Below are positions 8,695 through 18,938 of a stretch of DNA of 64,000 nt, piece after piece. The DNA comes from a virus (Duplodnaviria > Caudoviricetes). The notes beneath the pieces were generated by a model, which was not told the DNA's origin, searched no databases, and saw only the letters and a program-made list of their open reading frames with translations. Each line of letters opens with the position of its first letter. Within the stretch, counting starts at the first letter, position 1. The stretch covers positions 32,001-96,000 of the IMG/VR virus record IMGVR_UViG_3300030330_006573. One strand, given 5' to 3'. The position numbers and the translations under genes are program-made.

Positions 8695-10562
8695 CTTGGG
8701 AAGTTGGCGATCAGGGGCGAAAAGAGAAAGAAGATTTTAACAAAAAACTTCTAGAAAAAAAGGGCTTTATTGAAGAAGATGAAGCAAAAGTATTATTATA
8801 TAAATTTCTCAGAGAGAATATAACTTTTTCTACAAATTTAATTTCTGGAGTCGAGCTTTTTCCTTTCCAGCACATGGCTATTAAGGCGATGTTTGAAAGC
8901 GATTATACCTTGGGGATATGGTCTCGTGGTATGTCAAAATCTTTTACTACTGGAATATATGCTTTTCTTGATGCAATTTTAAATCAAGGTGTAGAAATAG
9001 GAATACTATCAAAGTCATTCAGGCAGTCCAAAATGATATTCAAAAAGATTGAGGATATTGCCGCTAAGCCAGAGGCTAGATTTTTGAGCCAGTGTATAAC
9101 TCACAAATCAAAAAGTAACGATGAATGGCTACTTGAAATAGGATCATCAAGAATAAGAGCTTTGCCATTGGGGGACGGATCAAAACTTAGAGGTTTCAGA
9201 TTCCACAGGATTATTATTGACGAGTTTTTACTTATGCCAGAGAGGATTTATAATGAGGTCATAGTTCCATTCTTGTCTGTTGTTGAAAATCCAGTGGAAA
9301 GAGAAAAAATGTATGATATTGAAACTAAGCTCATAAACGAAGGAAAGATGAAAGAAGAGGATAGGTATAAGTGGCCCAACAATAAACTTATTGCTCTATC
9401 TTCTGCCTCTTATAAATTTGAATATTTATACAAAGTATATGAAAAATTTGAGGCATTAATTTTAGGAAATATGAAAGAGGAGCAAGGAGATGCAACAAGA
9501 TGCATAATGCAGTTTAGTTATGACTGCGCCCCTAAGAAATTGTATGATGAAAATTTAATAGCTCAATCAAAAGCTACAATGAGCCAATCTCAATTTGATA
9601 GGGAGTTTGGTGCTATATTTACAGATGATAGCTCTGGGTATTTTAAAACATCAAGAATGGCTGCATGCACAATCGCTGACGGAGAAAAACCATCGGTTGA
9701 ATTATCAGGAGAATCTGATGCAAAATACATTATATCATTCGACCCCAGTTGGGCTGAGTCTGAAAGCTCTGACGACTTTGCGATGCAGGTTTTTAAATTA
9801 AATGATGAGACTAGTCAAGGCACCATGATTCATGGCTATGCTTTAGCTGGAACAAGCTTAAAAAGCCACATAGAGTATTTTCATTATCTATTGACTAACT
9901 TTAATGTAGTTGGGATTGTGGGAGACTACAATGGAGGGGTTCAGTTTATAAATGCATGTAATGAAAGTGGGTTATTTAAAAAGTCAAATATAAAAATAAA
10001 AATGCTTTCTCAAGATTTTGATAATCCAGAAACTTATTCTAAAGAATTATTATCGGCAAGAAACGAATATAATATTGAAGATAGAAAGTATTGCATTTTA
10101 AGAAAGCCTACAAGCCAGTGGATTAGAAGAGCGAATGAGTTGTTGCAAGCAAGCTTTGACCATAAAAAAATATGGTTCGCATCTCGTGCATTAGATGATG
10201 ACTATCATATTCAAATAAAGAAAAAAATTCCAATTAAAAAATTAAAGTTTTCTAATTTTGCAGAAATAGAAGAGAAAGAGTCTTACGGAGCAAAAATGAT
10301 AGATTTCGTAGAGCACCAACAGGACATGATAAGTCTAGCAAAAGCTCAATGCGCACTTATTCAAATAAAAACATCCCCTCAAGGCAATCAAACATTTGAT
10401 TTGCCTGATACTCTAAAAAGAACTACAGGAGCAAACAAAGCAAGAAAAGACTCATACTCTGCATTAGTTCTAGGGAATTGGATGATAAAGGTATACTATG
10501 ATATGATGGAAGCTCAAGTAAAAAAAGTAGACAACTCGTTTACCCCAATGTTTATAAAGTAA
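8691..10562 (+). CDS. terL: Terminase large subunit
   Basis: LFPFQ, Walker A-like SRGMSKS, LRG, Walker B IIIDEF, FDREFGAIF, RNase H-like ISFDP, RKDSYSAL; directly upstream of portal. Confidence 0.88.
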   Translation: MTWEVGDQGRKEKEDFNKKLLEKKGFIEEDEAKVLLYKFLRENITFSTNLISGVELFPFQHMAIKAMFESDYTLGIWSRGMSKSFTTGIYAFLDAILNQGVEIGILSKSFRQSKMIFKKIEDIAAKPEARFLSQCITHKSKSNDEWLLEIGSSRIRALPLGDGSKLRGFRFHRIIIDEFLLMPERIYNEVIVPFLSVVENPVEREKMYDIETKLINEGKMKEEDRYKWPNNKLIALSSASYKFEYLYKVYEKFEALILGNMKEEQGDATRCIMQFSYDCAPKKLYDENLIAQSKATMSQSQFDREFGAIFTDDSSGYFKTSRMAACTIADGEKPSVELSGESDAKYIISFDPSWAESESSDDFAMQVFKLNDETSQGTMIHGYALAGTSLKSHIEYFHYLLTNFNVVGIVGDYNGGVQFINACNESGLFKKSNIKIKMLSQDFDNPETYSKELLSARNEYNIEDRKYCILRKPTSQWIRRANELLQASFDHKKIWFASRALDDDYHIQIKKKIPIKKLKFSNFAEIEEKESYGAKMIDFVEHQQDMISLAKAQCALIQIKTSPQGNQTFDLPDTLKRTTGANKARKDSYSALVLGNWMIKVYYDMMEAQVKKVDNSFTPMFIK

Positions 10563-10599
10563 AGTTAAAAGTTAACTTTTAGACTTTTTGCCATCTTTT

Positions 10600-10610
10600 G
10601 TGTATAATAG
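10600..10610 (+). promoter_or_regulatory. Candidate late promoter GTGTATAATA (portal)
   Basis: GTGTA plus AT-rich motif recurs 14-35 nt before many structural gene starts. Confidence 0.55.
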
Positions 10611-10615
10611 TTTAG

Positions 10616-12634
10616 ATGAGCAAAAGAAAGTATAATAAGAAATCTCCGTATTGGGATAAATTTAATAAACCATTGGATCAAATGTCTGCATCTCTAAATC
10701 AACAAGAGATGAAGAACATCGAGCCAATATCAGCTGGTGAAAGTTTTTATGTTGCTTCGGCATCATCGGAAGGCTACTCAAGGGGAGGAAGTGGAACAAG
10801 CACGTCAAGAAGAAGAAACTCTGCATCTTCAAGATCTAAAAATTTTAGATTTTCAAATATCAGACAAGGAATGTTGCCGTTCCAAGTTTCTGCTGATGGA
10901 GTAAATGTAAGAGATGCGATAGAGCTATGTCAGAAAGCATATGCTAATGTTCCAGTTTTTAGAAATTCAATTGATATAATGGCGGAGCTTGCAAACTCTC
11001 CAATATATGTTGATGAAGGAAACGAAGCTTCTAGGAAATTCATAAAGAAATGGTTTACCAAAATAAATTTATGGGCTTTAAAAGATCAATACTTTAGAGA
11101 GTACTATAGATCTGGTAATATATTTTTATATAGAATTGATGGTAAATTTAATGCTGAAGATTTTGCAAAGTTAAATAAAATATATGGATCTAAATATATA
11201 GATGATGGAAAAATACCAATTAAGTATATATTATTAAATCCTTTTGATATAATTGCGACGAGAAGCACTAACTTTAAAATAAATTCTTATAAAAAGATTT
11301 TATCAGAGTATGAGATAGAAAGACTTCAAAATCCAAAAACAGAAGAAGATGAAGAAATTTTCAAAAGCCTTCCAAAAAAAGTAAGAGATAGAATAACGCA
11401 AGGTGGATGGAGTGGAAATGGTATAACAATGGATTTGGATGCAACTAAGCTTTCGCATTCATTTTACAAAAAACAAGATTACGAACCATTCGCAATTCCT
11501 TTTGGCTTTCCAGTTCTTGATGACATAAACTGGAAGATGGAGCTAAAGAAGGTAGATCAAGCAATAAGTAGAACAATTGAAAATGTCATTTTATTAATAA
11601 CAATGGGAACTGATCCCGAAAAAGGGGGAATCAATCCAAACAATCTTGCAGCGATGCAATCTCTATTTCAAAATGAGAGTGTTGGAAGAGTTCTAGTAGC
11701 TGACTATACAACTAAGGCTGAATTTATATTGCCTGATATAGGCAAAGTTATCGGGCCAGAAAAATACGAAATTGTAAATGAAGACATTAGGCAAGGCTTG
11801 CAAAATGTAATAGTTGGAGATGAAAAATATAAAAATACTCAAGTTAAAGCTGAGATATTCTTAGAAAGATTGAAAGAAGCAAGGCAATCTTTTATTCATA
11901 ATTTTTTACAGCCACAAATCAAAATGGTATGTAAACAAATGGGATTCAAGGTATATCCTACAGCTAAGTTTGAAGAGATAGATATTAAAGATGAACTGGC
12001 ACTGCAGAGAGTAGTTACAAGATTACTTGAGGTTGGAATACTAACTCCAGAGCAAGGCATTAATGCTATTAAGACTGGAATATATCCAAACCCAGAAGAA
12101 ATTGGCCCTGCACAAAGGGATTATATAGAACAAAGAAAAGATGGAATGTATAATCCGCTAGTGGGCGGAGTTCCAATGATAGACGAGGATGATGATGGAG
12201 TTATAGACGGGGCTCCCCCTCAAGCACCTGGAGGAGGAAAAAAAATAGGACAAAGAAAAGCTGGTCGCCCATATGGAACAAGAGGAATACCAAAGCAAGC
12301 CACAGCTTCTGATCTTTATTCAAGAAAAGAAATCCAGGCGATGGTTTACAAAATTGAAGACCTTGAAACACATCTTGAAAATAAAATGTTAGCTTCTGTA
12401 AAAAAGAAAAAGCTTAATGATAATCAAAAAAACTTAATTTCAGACTTATCTAAATCTATAGTCCTTGGAAAAGAGCAAAAGTCTTGGAAAAGGTTTGGCA
12501 CTTCCTGCATTAAGAATTTTGAAAAAATTTCAGAAATATCAATTATCCCAGAAATAGTGGAAATATCTGAGTCACATCAACTAGAGACTTATCCCGCAGC
12601 TTTATTGTATCATAGTAAAAAATCTGAAAAATAA
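10616..12634 (+). CDS. Portal protein
   Basis: Position after terL, size, AYANVPVFRNSIDIMAEL and REYYRSGNIFLYR portal-like motifs. Confidence 0.8.
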   Translation: MSKRKYNKKSPYWDKFNKPLDQMSASLNQQEMKNIEPISAGESFYVASASSEGYSRGGSGTSTSRRRNSASSRSKNFRFSNIRQGMLPFQVSADGVNVRDAIELCQKAYANVPVFRNSIDIMAELANSPIYVDEGNEASRKFIKKWFTKINLWALKDQYFREYYRSGNIFLYRIDGKFNAEDFAKLNKIYGSKYIDDGKIPIKYILLNPFDIIATRSTNFKINSYKKILSEYEIERLQNPKTEEDEEIFKSLPKKVRDRITQGGWSGNGITMDLDATKLSHSFYKKQDYEPFAIPFGFPVLDDINWKMELKKVDQAISRTIENVILLITMGTDPEKGGINPNNLAAMQSLFQNESVGRVLVADYTTKAEFILPDIGKVIGPEKYEIVNEDIRQGLQNVIVGDEKYKNTQVKAEIFLERLKEARQSFIHNFLQPQIKMVCKQMGFKVYPTAKFEEIDIKDELALQRVVTRLLEVGILTPEQGINAIKTGIYPNPEEIGPAQRDYIEQRKDGMYNPLVGGVPMIDEDDDGVIDGAPPQAPGGGKKIGQRKAGRPYGTRGIPKQATASDLYSRKEIQAMVYKIEDLETHLENKMLASVKKKKLNDNQKNLISDLSKSIVLGKEQKSWKRFGTSCIKNFEKISEISIIPEIVEISESHQLETYPAALLYHSKKSEK

Positions 12635-12659
12635 ATTTTTTTTTGTGTAAATATCTTTT

Positions 12660-14294
12660 ATGCAGAGGAATTTTAAATATAAAGCTTCGTTTTCTAGTGA
12701 GATAATTGCATCTTCAAATTTAAAAGATTCAAAAGAAATATCGGAAGCTTCCCTAGGAGAACTAGAGTCATTAGTACCAGAAAATATTGATTTAGATGCT
12801 AATGTAGACTTACTAGCAGTTGCTTTTAATGCTGCTGTAGTAAATAGATTTAATAGGAATCACGATGGAATAAATACAGAAACTGCATTAGCTGTATCTG
12901 ATTACTTTGTACATAAGCCCACAAATATAGAACATAAAAAAGAAAAGGTTGTTGGTCATGTAGTATCATCTGGTTTTTCAGAGTTTCAAACAAACAGGAT
13001 GATTTCAAAAGAGGAGGCTTATCAAAAAAACGGGCCTTTCAATATAGCATTAGCTGCTGTAGTTTATAAGACAGTAAATAAAGATTTTGCAAGGCTTGTA
13101 GAAGAATCTTCAAAAGAAGGTAGTGATATGCATAAAGTAATATCAGCAAGTTGGGAAATAGGATTTAATGATTTCTTGATTGCTGTTGGAAGTAAAAATT
13201 TAGAAGAAGCTGAAATTATAGATGATGAAAATCAAATAGGGGAAATGAAACAATACCTTAGAGCTTTTGGCGGAGAAGGTAAAACAAAAGACGGAAGTGA
13301 AATATATAGATTAGTTTCTGGGGATGTATATCCTTTGGGAATAGGTTTTACCTCAAACCCAGCAGCAGATGTAAAAGGCTTATACCTAAAGGAAGATGAT
13401 AAAAAAAAAGAAGAACTCGTAGCTCAAAACCTAGAGCAAGAAATAGAAAAAATAGAAGTTAACACAAAAGATTTTTTAAAAAAAATAAAAAATATTAAAA
13501 AAAATTCTTCACATATAGAAAAAATGCATGTAATTTCTGACAAAGCCCAAAATCAAAACATTAACATTATGGACATGAAAGATCTGATCAACGAACTCAA
13601 AGAGACTATCGAAGCTTCTGCTTCTGGTAAGTTTTCGGAAGAAGCTGTTGCAAATATTGCAAAAGTAGTTACTGAAGCCATTAAGGAAAGAAGTGATGCA
13701 TATGCGCAAGAAAAGGCTGAAATCGAAAAGCAAAACAAAGAAATCACCGAAGCTAAAGAAGCTGCCGACGAAAAGCTAAAAGCAATCGAAGAGCAGTTGG
13801 CTTCTTCTCAAGAAAAAATTTCTAGCCTTGAGGCTGAACAAAAAGCCGCTCAAGCACTTGATCTTTTTAATCGCAGAATGGAATCTCTTGATGAGGCTTA
13901 CGAACTTTCTGACGAAGACAGAAAGATCATCGCAGAAGATCTTAAGAATGTAGACGAGCAAGACGAATCTTTTGCAAGCTACGAAGAAAGACTCGCTATT
14001 ATATATAAGCACAAGAGTAAAGAGTTCTTGGCAGACCAAGAAAAAGCTTTTCAAGAAAAAGTTGAAGCAGCTGTACAAGAAAAAATTTCTGGTCAAACTT
14101 CTGAAGCTTCCGAAACAACTCAAGAAGTAGTTGAAGAAAAAGAAGAAGAAGTTGTAGAAGAAGCTCTTGATAGCGCTGAAGCTACCGATTCTGAAGTTAC
14201 TTCGAATAACGGAGAAACAACAGAAAAAGAAATTTCGCTTAGAGAAAAGTTTCAACAAGCGTTTACAAAAGACTCATTAACAATTAAATACTAA
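12660..14294 (+). CDS. Prohead protease - scaffold fusion
   Basis: N-terminal NRNHDGI...PTNIEH...VVG...SASWEIGF protease-like domain; acidic coiled-coil C-terminal half; precedes capsid genes. Confidence 0.72.
   Translation: MQRNFKYKASFSSEIIASSNLKDSKEISEASLGELESLVPENIDLDANVDLLAVAFNAAVVNRFNRNHDGINTETALAVSDYFVHKPTNIEHKKEKVVGHVVSSGFSEFQTNRMISKEEAYQKNGPFNIALAAVVYKTVNKDFARLVEESSKEGSDMHKVISASWEIGFNDFLIAVGSKNLEEAEIIDDENQIGEMKQYLRAFGGEGKTKDGSEIYRLVSGDVYPLGIGFTSNPAADVKGLYLKEDDKKKEELVAQNLEQEIEKIEVNTKDFLKKIKNIKKNSSHIEKMHVISDKAQNQNINIMDMKDLINELKETIEASASGKFSEEAVANIAKVVTEAIKERSDAYAQEKAEIEKQNKEITEAKEAADEKLKAIEEQLASSQEKISSLEAEQKAAQALDLFNRRMESLDEAYELSDEDRKIIAEDLKNVDEQDESFASYEERLAIIYKHKSKEFLADQEKAFQEKVEAAVQEKISGQTSEASETTQEVVEEKEEEVVEEALDSAEATDSEVTSNNGETTEKEISLREKFQQAFTKDSLTIKY
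13487..13536 (+). promoter_or_regulatory. Internal promoter (A-tract, TTCACAT-N14-TGTAATTT) upstream of in-frame ATG 13569
   Basis: Near-identical element with identical spacing upstream of the tail tube gene (21279-21326). Confidence 0.6.
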
Positions 14295-14301
14295 AATAAT
14301 C

Positions 14302-14976
14302 ATGGCACACAGACTATTACCTTTTAGACAGTACGACGAAAACGACGTTGTTAACTTGTTCGCCCTAGATGCGGACAGCTTAACCACCCAGCTCAAGGCT
14401 ATGTCCCCCAAAGATGACGGGATTAATGCAGACGGTGTTCTCGTAGGAGTAACCGCAGGAAACCTTGGTGGAGCAGGAAATGTTGGAGACCCAGACGTGG
14501 TTGACGTTTCCGAAGATAGCCGCTTTATGGCTTCCTACACCTCGCCAGTTGGAAGAAATCCTTATCCCACCAATCCTTTGAAGGTCGCACCTGGCTCTTC
14601 TGGAACTGCTGCTCTTGGAGTAACGCTTCGTCAAACTCTTAGTGTTGACGAAAATGGAGAGAGCCTTCTTTTTAACCCAATCAAGAAAGATGAGTTAAAT
14701 GCCGTTCTTTCTGGACAAACAGTTCCTGTTTTATCAAAAGGAGTTATTACTGTTTCCGCGAACGGAATGAGCGATACTGCCGAGAACACATTTGCCGTTG
14801 GTGGCGCTTTAGCTCAAGACGGAAACGGAAAGTTCTGTGATAAGCAAAGCTCCGACGTACAGGTTGGCTCGATCATGGGTACTGGATTCAGAGGAGGCAA
14901 TAAGGACTCTAACTTCGGAGGTATTAGAGCCGATTCTCTTTCTGGTAAATATTATCTCATTAAGCTTGATTGCTAA
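14302..14976 (+). CDS. Capsid decoration / cement protein
   Basis: Between scaffold and MCP; ALGVTL...VLSGQTVPVLSKG beta-tulip-like pattern; high-expression codon style. Confidence 0.6.
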   Translation: MAHRLLPFRQYDENDVVNLFALDADSLTTQLKAMSPKDDGINADGVLVGVTAGNLGGAGNVGDPDVVDVSEDSRFMASYTSPVGRNPYPTNPLKVAPGSSGTAALGVTLRQTLSVDENGESLLFNPIKKDELNAVLSGQTVPVLSKGVITVSANGMSDTAENTFAVGGALAQDGNGKFCDKQSSDVQVGSIMGTGFRGGNKDSNFGGIRADSLSGKYYLIKLDC

Positions 14977-15014
14977 AAGAAATTAAACATTAAACAAAGA
15001 AAGTTTTAAATACA

Positions 15015-16112
15015 ATGAATATTACATTAAAAAGAACTGAAGAGCAAGTAGAACTGGTAAAGGCTATGGCTTCTCGCAACAGAGACGTTGCTTATGAAGC
15101 TCAGCAAGCTTTAGCTGAATTTATCGGGCCAGTACTCGCTGAAGTAGTTGATAACGCTCCTACTCTGAGTAACTTGTTCACTGCCTTCCAATTCTCCGCT
15201 GATGACAATCCCAGCATCCCTCTGGATCTGTATCACGATGTCACAGACGAAGATTACATCAAGGTTTATAGCACGAACGCTCCTGGTGGATTGCCCTCCA
15301 GTCACGTAACTCCGACCCACAGCGAGTTGAAGCTTGCCACATACCGCCTCGAAAGTGCGGTTGATTTTGACAAGCGCTACGCTTCTCGTTCGAGGCTTGA
15401 CGTTGTTAGTAAGAGTTTGACAAGACTCGCTCAGGAAGTTCTCCTTCAACAGGAAAACTCTTCTGCCGCGCTTCTTTTCGGAACTATTTCCGACAACACA
15501 TCTAAGCTTCTTATGTCAAGCACGACTGCTGGACAGTTTAAGTTGGACGACTTCAACAGGATGCTCACCAAGATGAAGAGGAACAATCCTTCTTGGAGTG
15601 GTGGTACTCCTGAAAATAGCCGTGGCATGACTGATATCATGGTTTCGCCTGAGATTATTCAATCGCTTCGTGAGATGTCTTATAACCCAATCGAAACAAC
15701 CAGTTTGAATGTAGCGACAGACCCAGCTGGTGCTCCTCTTGGTGCGAGCATTACTGCTCCTGATAATATCAGGAATTCGCTCTTCAATCAAGCTGGACTT
15801 CCTCAGTTCTACGGAATCTCGATCATGGAATCTTACGAGCTTGGCTCTGGTCAAAAGTACACGCAGGTCGCTAACAGGCTTGGCTTGGTTGATGCGGCTG
15901 GTGGTACTCGTGATGACATTGCTATCGGACTTGATCGCAGTCGTGAATCGATGCTTCGCGCTGTTGCAGTTGACGCTGAGTCTGGAACGACTCTTACAGT
16001 CGCTGCCGATGATCAATACGTTGGTCGCGCTAAGAAGATCGGTTACTATGCCGAGCTTGAAGAAGGTCGTACCGTCATCAACGACGGAGCCATTCTTGCG
16101 ATTAAGGTCTAA
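15015..16112 (+). CDS. Major capsid protein (HK97-fold expected)
   Basis: 365 aa, position, biased codon usage, followed by strong terminator. Confidence 0.8.
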   Translation: MNITLKRTEEQVELVKAMASRNRDVAYEAQQALAEFIGPVLAEVVDNAPTLSNLFTAFQFSADDNPSIPLDLYHDVTDEDYIKVYSTNAPGGLPSSHVTPTHSELKLATYRLESAVDFDKRYASRSRLDVVSKSLTRLAQEVLLQQENSSAALLFGTISDNTSKLLMSSTTAGQFKLDDFNRMLTKMKRNNPSWSGGTPENSRGMTDIMVSPEIIQSLREMSYNPIETTSLNVATDPAGAPLGASITAPDNIRNSLFNQAGLPQFYGISIMESYELGSGQKYTQVANRLGLVDAAGGTRDDIAIGLDRSRESMLRAVAVDAESGTTLTVAADDQYVGRAKKIGYYAELEEGRTVINDGAILAIKV

Positions 16113-16134
16113 TAGATCTTCATCAGGTTTCTTT

Positions 16135-16164
16135 CAAAAAATCCACCTACGGGTGGATTTTTTG
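16135..16164 (+). terminator. Rho-independent terminator after major capsid gene
   Basis: CAAAAAATCCACC-TACG-GGTGGATTTTTTG hairpin with C(UACG)G tetraloop and T tract; A-tract makes it potentially bidirectional. Confidence 0.88.
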
Positions 16165-16220
16165 TTTCTAGAGTTTACAATAAAAGTGTATATTAATATT
16201 AATTAAGGAGGTTATTCATT

Positions 16221-16643
16221 ATGCCAAGAAAAAAAATTACAGCAAAAACTAGAACTACAGCTAAGAAAAAAACAGCTACTAAAGCCAAGGAGAAGGAAAT
16301 GCACTTTACTGATGGTAAAGCCGAAGATAAGCATAATATATCTATGGACATAGAAGAGCTGCTCAACCCACCTAAAAACCCTTTTGGGACAGCATCTATG
16401 GATGAGCTTGAGAATCAATTAAAAGACATGAATTTAAGGCAGATGCAAGAGCTTGCTGTAAAGGCTAGTGTTTTTCCGTCTGGCAATAAGACTTCTTTAA
16501 AAAACAAAATTAAAAAAGAATTTAGCTCTAAGTTTGGAACAAAAGATTCAAGTAAGAAATATAATCATTCAGTTGAACAACCTTTAGTTGATCCAGACTC
16601 AAATCTTGCTAAAGATATAATGGATATACTAAATGGTAAATGA
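16221..16643 (+). CDS. Hypothetical protein with basic histone-H1-like N-terminus
   Basis: MPRKKITAKTRTTAKKKTATKAK; AAGGAGG RBS upstream. Confidence 0.65.
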   Translation: MPRKKITAKTRTTAKKKTATKAKEKEMHFTDGKAEDKHNISMDIEELLNPPKNPFGTASMDELENQLKDMNLRQMQELAVKASVFPSGNKTSLKNKIKKEFSSKFGTKDSSKKYNHSVEQPLVDPDSNLAKDIMDILNGK

Positions 16644-17164
16644 ATTACCACTTTGATAGCTCTTTAAACGAAATTGGAAATCTTGCAACTGGAATTTTCA
16701 AGTTCGATTTTGATTCTAGCACAGGAGATATATCCGTAGGTTATATTTCTGGATGGCTTCATAATAATATTGGGGAGCTTAATGTATTAATTCATTCTTG
16801 CTACAGCGGAGGTAATCCAGGAATGCAAGTAGAAGAAAAAGCTATATACAGACAAGTCTTCTTGAAGAATTATTATACTAAACTTGGAAGGCAAGCCTTA
16901 ATGGGCGTTAGCACTAGTTCTTCAAGCTCAATATCAAGCGGATCTGGATCTATAGTTACATCCGAATGGACCGAACTAAGAGATGGAGATAGCTATATCA
17001 GAAGACAAGCCATGCTAGCCAGTCCAGCTACTAAAGTTACTGCATCTAGGACATACTCTACTTTTGCAGAAAATGCAGAATATAATTTAAAAGACTTGCT
17101 TCAAAGATACACCTCTTTTAGGGGCGGCCCAAGGCAGGTAGCTGGTAAAGACGCTCCAGCTTAA
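16640..17164 (+). CDS. Putative head-tail adaptor / neck protein
   Basis: Position after capsid genes and size; function inferred from synteny. Confidence 0.45.
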   Translation: MNYHFDSSLNEIGNLATGIFKFDFDSSTGDISVGYISGWLHNNIGELNVLIHSCYSGGNPGMQVEEKAIYRQVFLKNYYTKLGRQALMGVSTSSSSSISSGSGSIVTSEWTELRDGDSYIRRQAMLASPATKVTASRTYSTFAENAEYNLKDLLQRYTSFRGGPRQVAGKDAPA

Positions 17165-18169
17165 TTACTGACCCGCAAGGTCCATAAGATCGTTCATATT
17201 TAAAGAACCACCCTTTCTTTCGGCGGCTTGCTGCAATGTATCAGCACCCTTGGCTGCATTAGGATCAACACCCATATATTCATAATCTTCTTTTGTCGCA
17301 CCAACAATAGTACTATGCCCACCTTTATCTGCATGCTGATCCATAACTTCTTTTCCTTTCTTACTAGAGTGAGCATAGTCCATTAATGCCTGCGGATCTT
17401 TTTTTATTTTTTCTGGTATATTTTCGTTGTTATCAAAAATATTCTTAAATACTCTGGTAAATAAAATTAATTTTAATTGATTGTGCGTTAATTCACAAAC
17501 TGGCTTGCCAAAGAACTGGACCGTATCTTCACAAAAAGGCATATAAGGGAAGTAAAAATCCTCAAGAATCATTCTTTGAATATTTTCTTCTGAAAAGGAA
17601 TTGAATTGATTATTATGTATTTTTACAAAATAACTAATTTCAGTATAGGTTAACTCTTCATATTCTTTTTGGGTAAATAAAGGATTCTTGCACTCTTCGT
17701 CATTGAAAAAACTGCGACTTATATAATAATCATTCACTCTTTGCTTTGCATATTTTTCGCAAGTACTTCCTATAAGTTGATCTTTTTCATTAAGTTTTTC
17801 GTTTAATTTTTTTAATTCTGTATCGATTAATTTTTGCTGATTATCAATTTGAGATTTAAGAATAAGTTCGGATTTAGCTTTGGTTAAGTTTTCTATAAAA
17901 GCCGTTTGAGACTCAATAAACTTATCATCTTCTTTTGTCCAGGCGCCATCTTTTATTAAAGAATCTAACCTTTCCCTTTCTGTACTAAGACCTTTTGATT
18001 TAGACTTTTCAAAAAACCTCTCTTCTATCTCCTCGAGATCAACTTGATCATGAGTAGTTAAATGCTTTATATAAAGCACTTTATATTCTTCGGTTTCTTT
18101 TCTCGTGAAACCTTTTACTATGTCCCTAAACATCCTTCTGCATTGAGAAGGATGAATTTTATCAGACAT
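17165..18169 (-). CDS. Putative tail assembly chaperone (long form)
   Basis: Helical acidic protein, apparent paralog of 18162..18923 with extra C-terminal FFGKPVCELTHNQ region. Confidence 0.45.
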   Translation of the reverse strand: MSDKIHPSQCRRMFRDIVKGFTRKETEEYKVLYIKHLTTHDQVDLEEIEERFFEKSKSKGLSTERERLDSLIKDGAWTKEDDKFIESQTAFIENLTKAKSELILKSQIDNQQKLIDTELKKLNEKLNEKDQLIGSTCEKYAKQRVNDYYISRSFFNDEECKNPLFTQKEYEELTYTEISYFVKIHNNQFNSFSEENIQRMILEDFYFPYMPFCEDTVQFFGKPVCELTHNQLKLILFTRVFKNIFDNNENIPEKIKKDPQALMDYAHSSKKGKEVMDQHADKGGHSTIVGATKEDYEYMGVDPNAAKGADTLQQAAERKGGSLNMNDLMDLAGQ

Positions 18170-18923
18170 TACCAGAATCTATATCGTTACTAAGTTGATC
18201 GAAATCTTCTTGGGTAGCCCCAGAACTAAAATACCAAAAACTTAATATTGTAGTAATTTTATCTCTTACGAGATCAAAAATTTCGTGACCTTCCTCATCA
18301 ATTTCATAATACTGATCTATTTTTTGCTCAGTTTCTTCAGCATTAAAAAACGGAACAGGCTCGTCTTCTTCATCAATTCTATAGTAAGAAAGATTTACAA
18401 GATACCAAAGTAATACTTTATTTTGAGCCTTGCTGTCTGCTGTATGATTAAAGAGGGAAGAATAGCTTGTTTCCATATCGACTATCTCTTTTCTTTTTTC
18501 AGCTATTGCACCAAGATAACCACTTAAGGACTCTTCGTCTTTCTTTGTTTTCTTCGGCTTTGCAGAAAGTCTGCTAAATTTATTTTGTAAGTCTCCAAGC
18601 TCTGAATACATTCTCGTGAGATACTTGGCATCTTCCTCGCTAAGCAATCCTCCGCTATCACTATACTTTTTAGCAAGCATTGCTTTTGTCAAAATGCCAT
18701 TCTTGATGCACTTGCTCATTTCGATACTGTACTCCATATCAGCATCTTCAAGTTGCCTCCTGTTAGGCTCTTTAATAATGATTCTGTGAACAACAGGCTC
18801 CTTAACAGTCTTTGTTGTACTAACCGTTTCCTGCTCACCAGTCTCTTTATTCTTTCTTTTTCTCTCTACAGTCTTTTCGACTTCCTTTTCAATTTCTAGA
18901 TCAAAACTATATATTTCTTTCAT
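18162..18923 (-). CDS. Putative tail assembly chaperone (short form)
   Basis: IIIKEPNRRQ N-terminal pattern typical of tail chaperones; helical; lies inside morphogenesis region. Confidence 0.45.
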   Translation of the reverse strand: MKEIYSFDLEIEKEVEKTVERKRKNKETGEQETVSTTKTVKEPVVHRIIIKEPNRRQLEDADMEYSIEMSKCIKNGILTKAMLAKKYSDSGGLLSEEDAKYLTRMYSELGDLQNKFSRLSAKPKKTKKDEESLSGYLGAIAEKRKEIVDMETSYSSLFNHTADSKAQNKVLLWYLVNLSYYRIDEEDEPVPFFNAEETEQKIDQYYEIDEEGHEIFDLVRDKITTILSFWYFSSGATQEDFDQLSNDIDSGNV

Positions 18924-18938
18924 ACCTTATACCTTATA

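Noticed and set aside
8691-10562. Intein or intron in terminase
   Set aside because: Normal length, no intein splice or homing endonuclease motifs seen.
18162-18200. Programmed -1 frameshift joining the two chaperone-like ORFs
   Set aside because: No XXXYYYZ slippery heptamer near the end of the upstream ORF; the downstream ORF has its own ATG and seems to be a full paralog.
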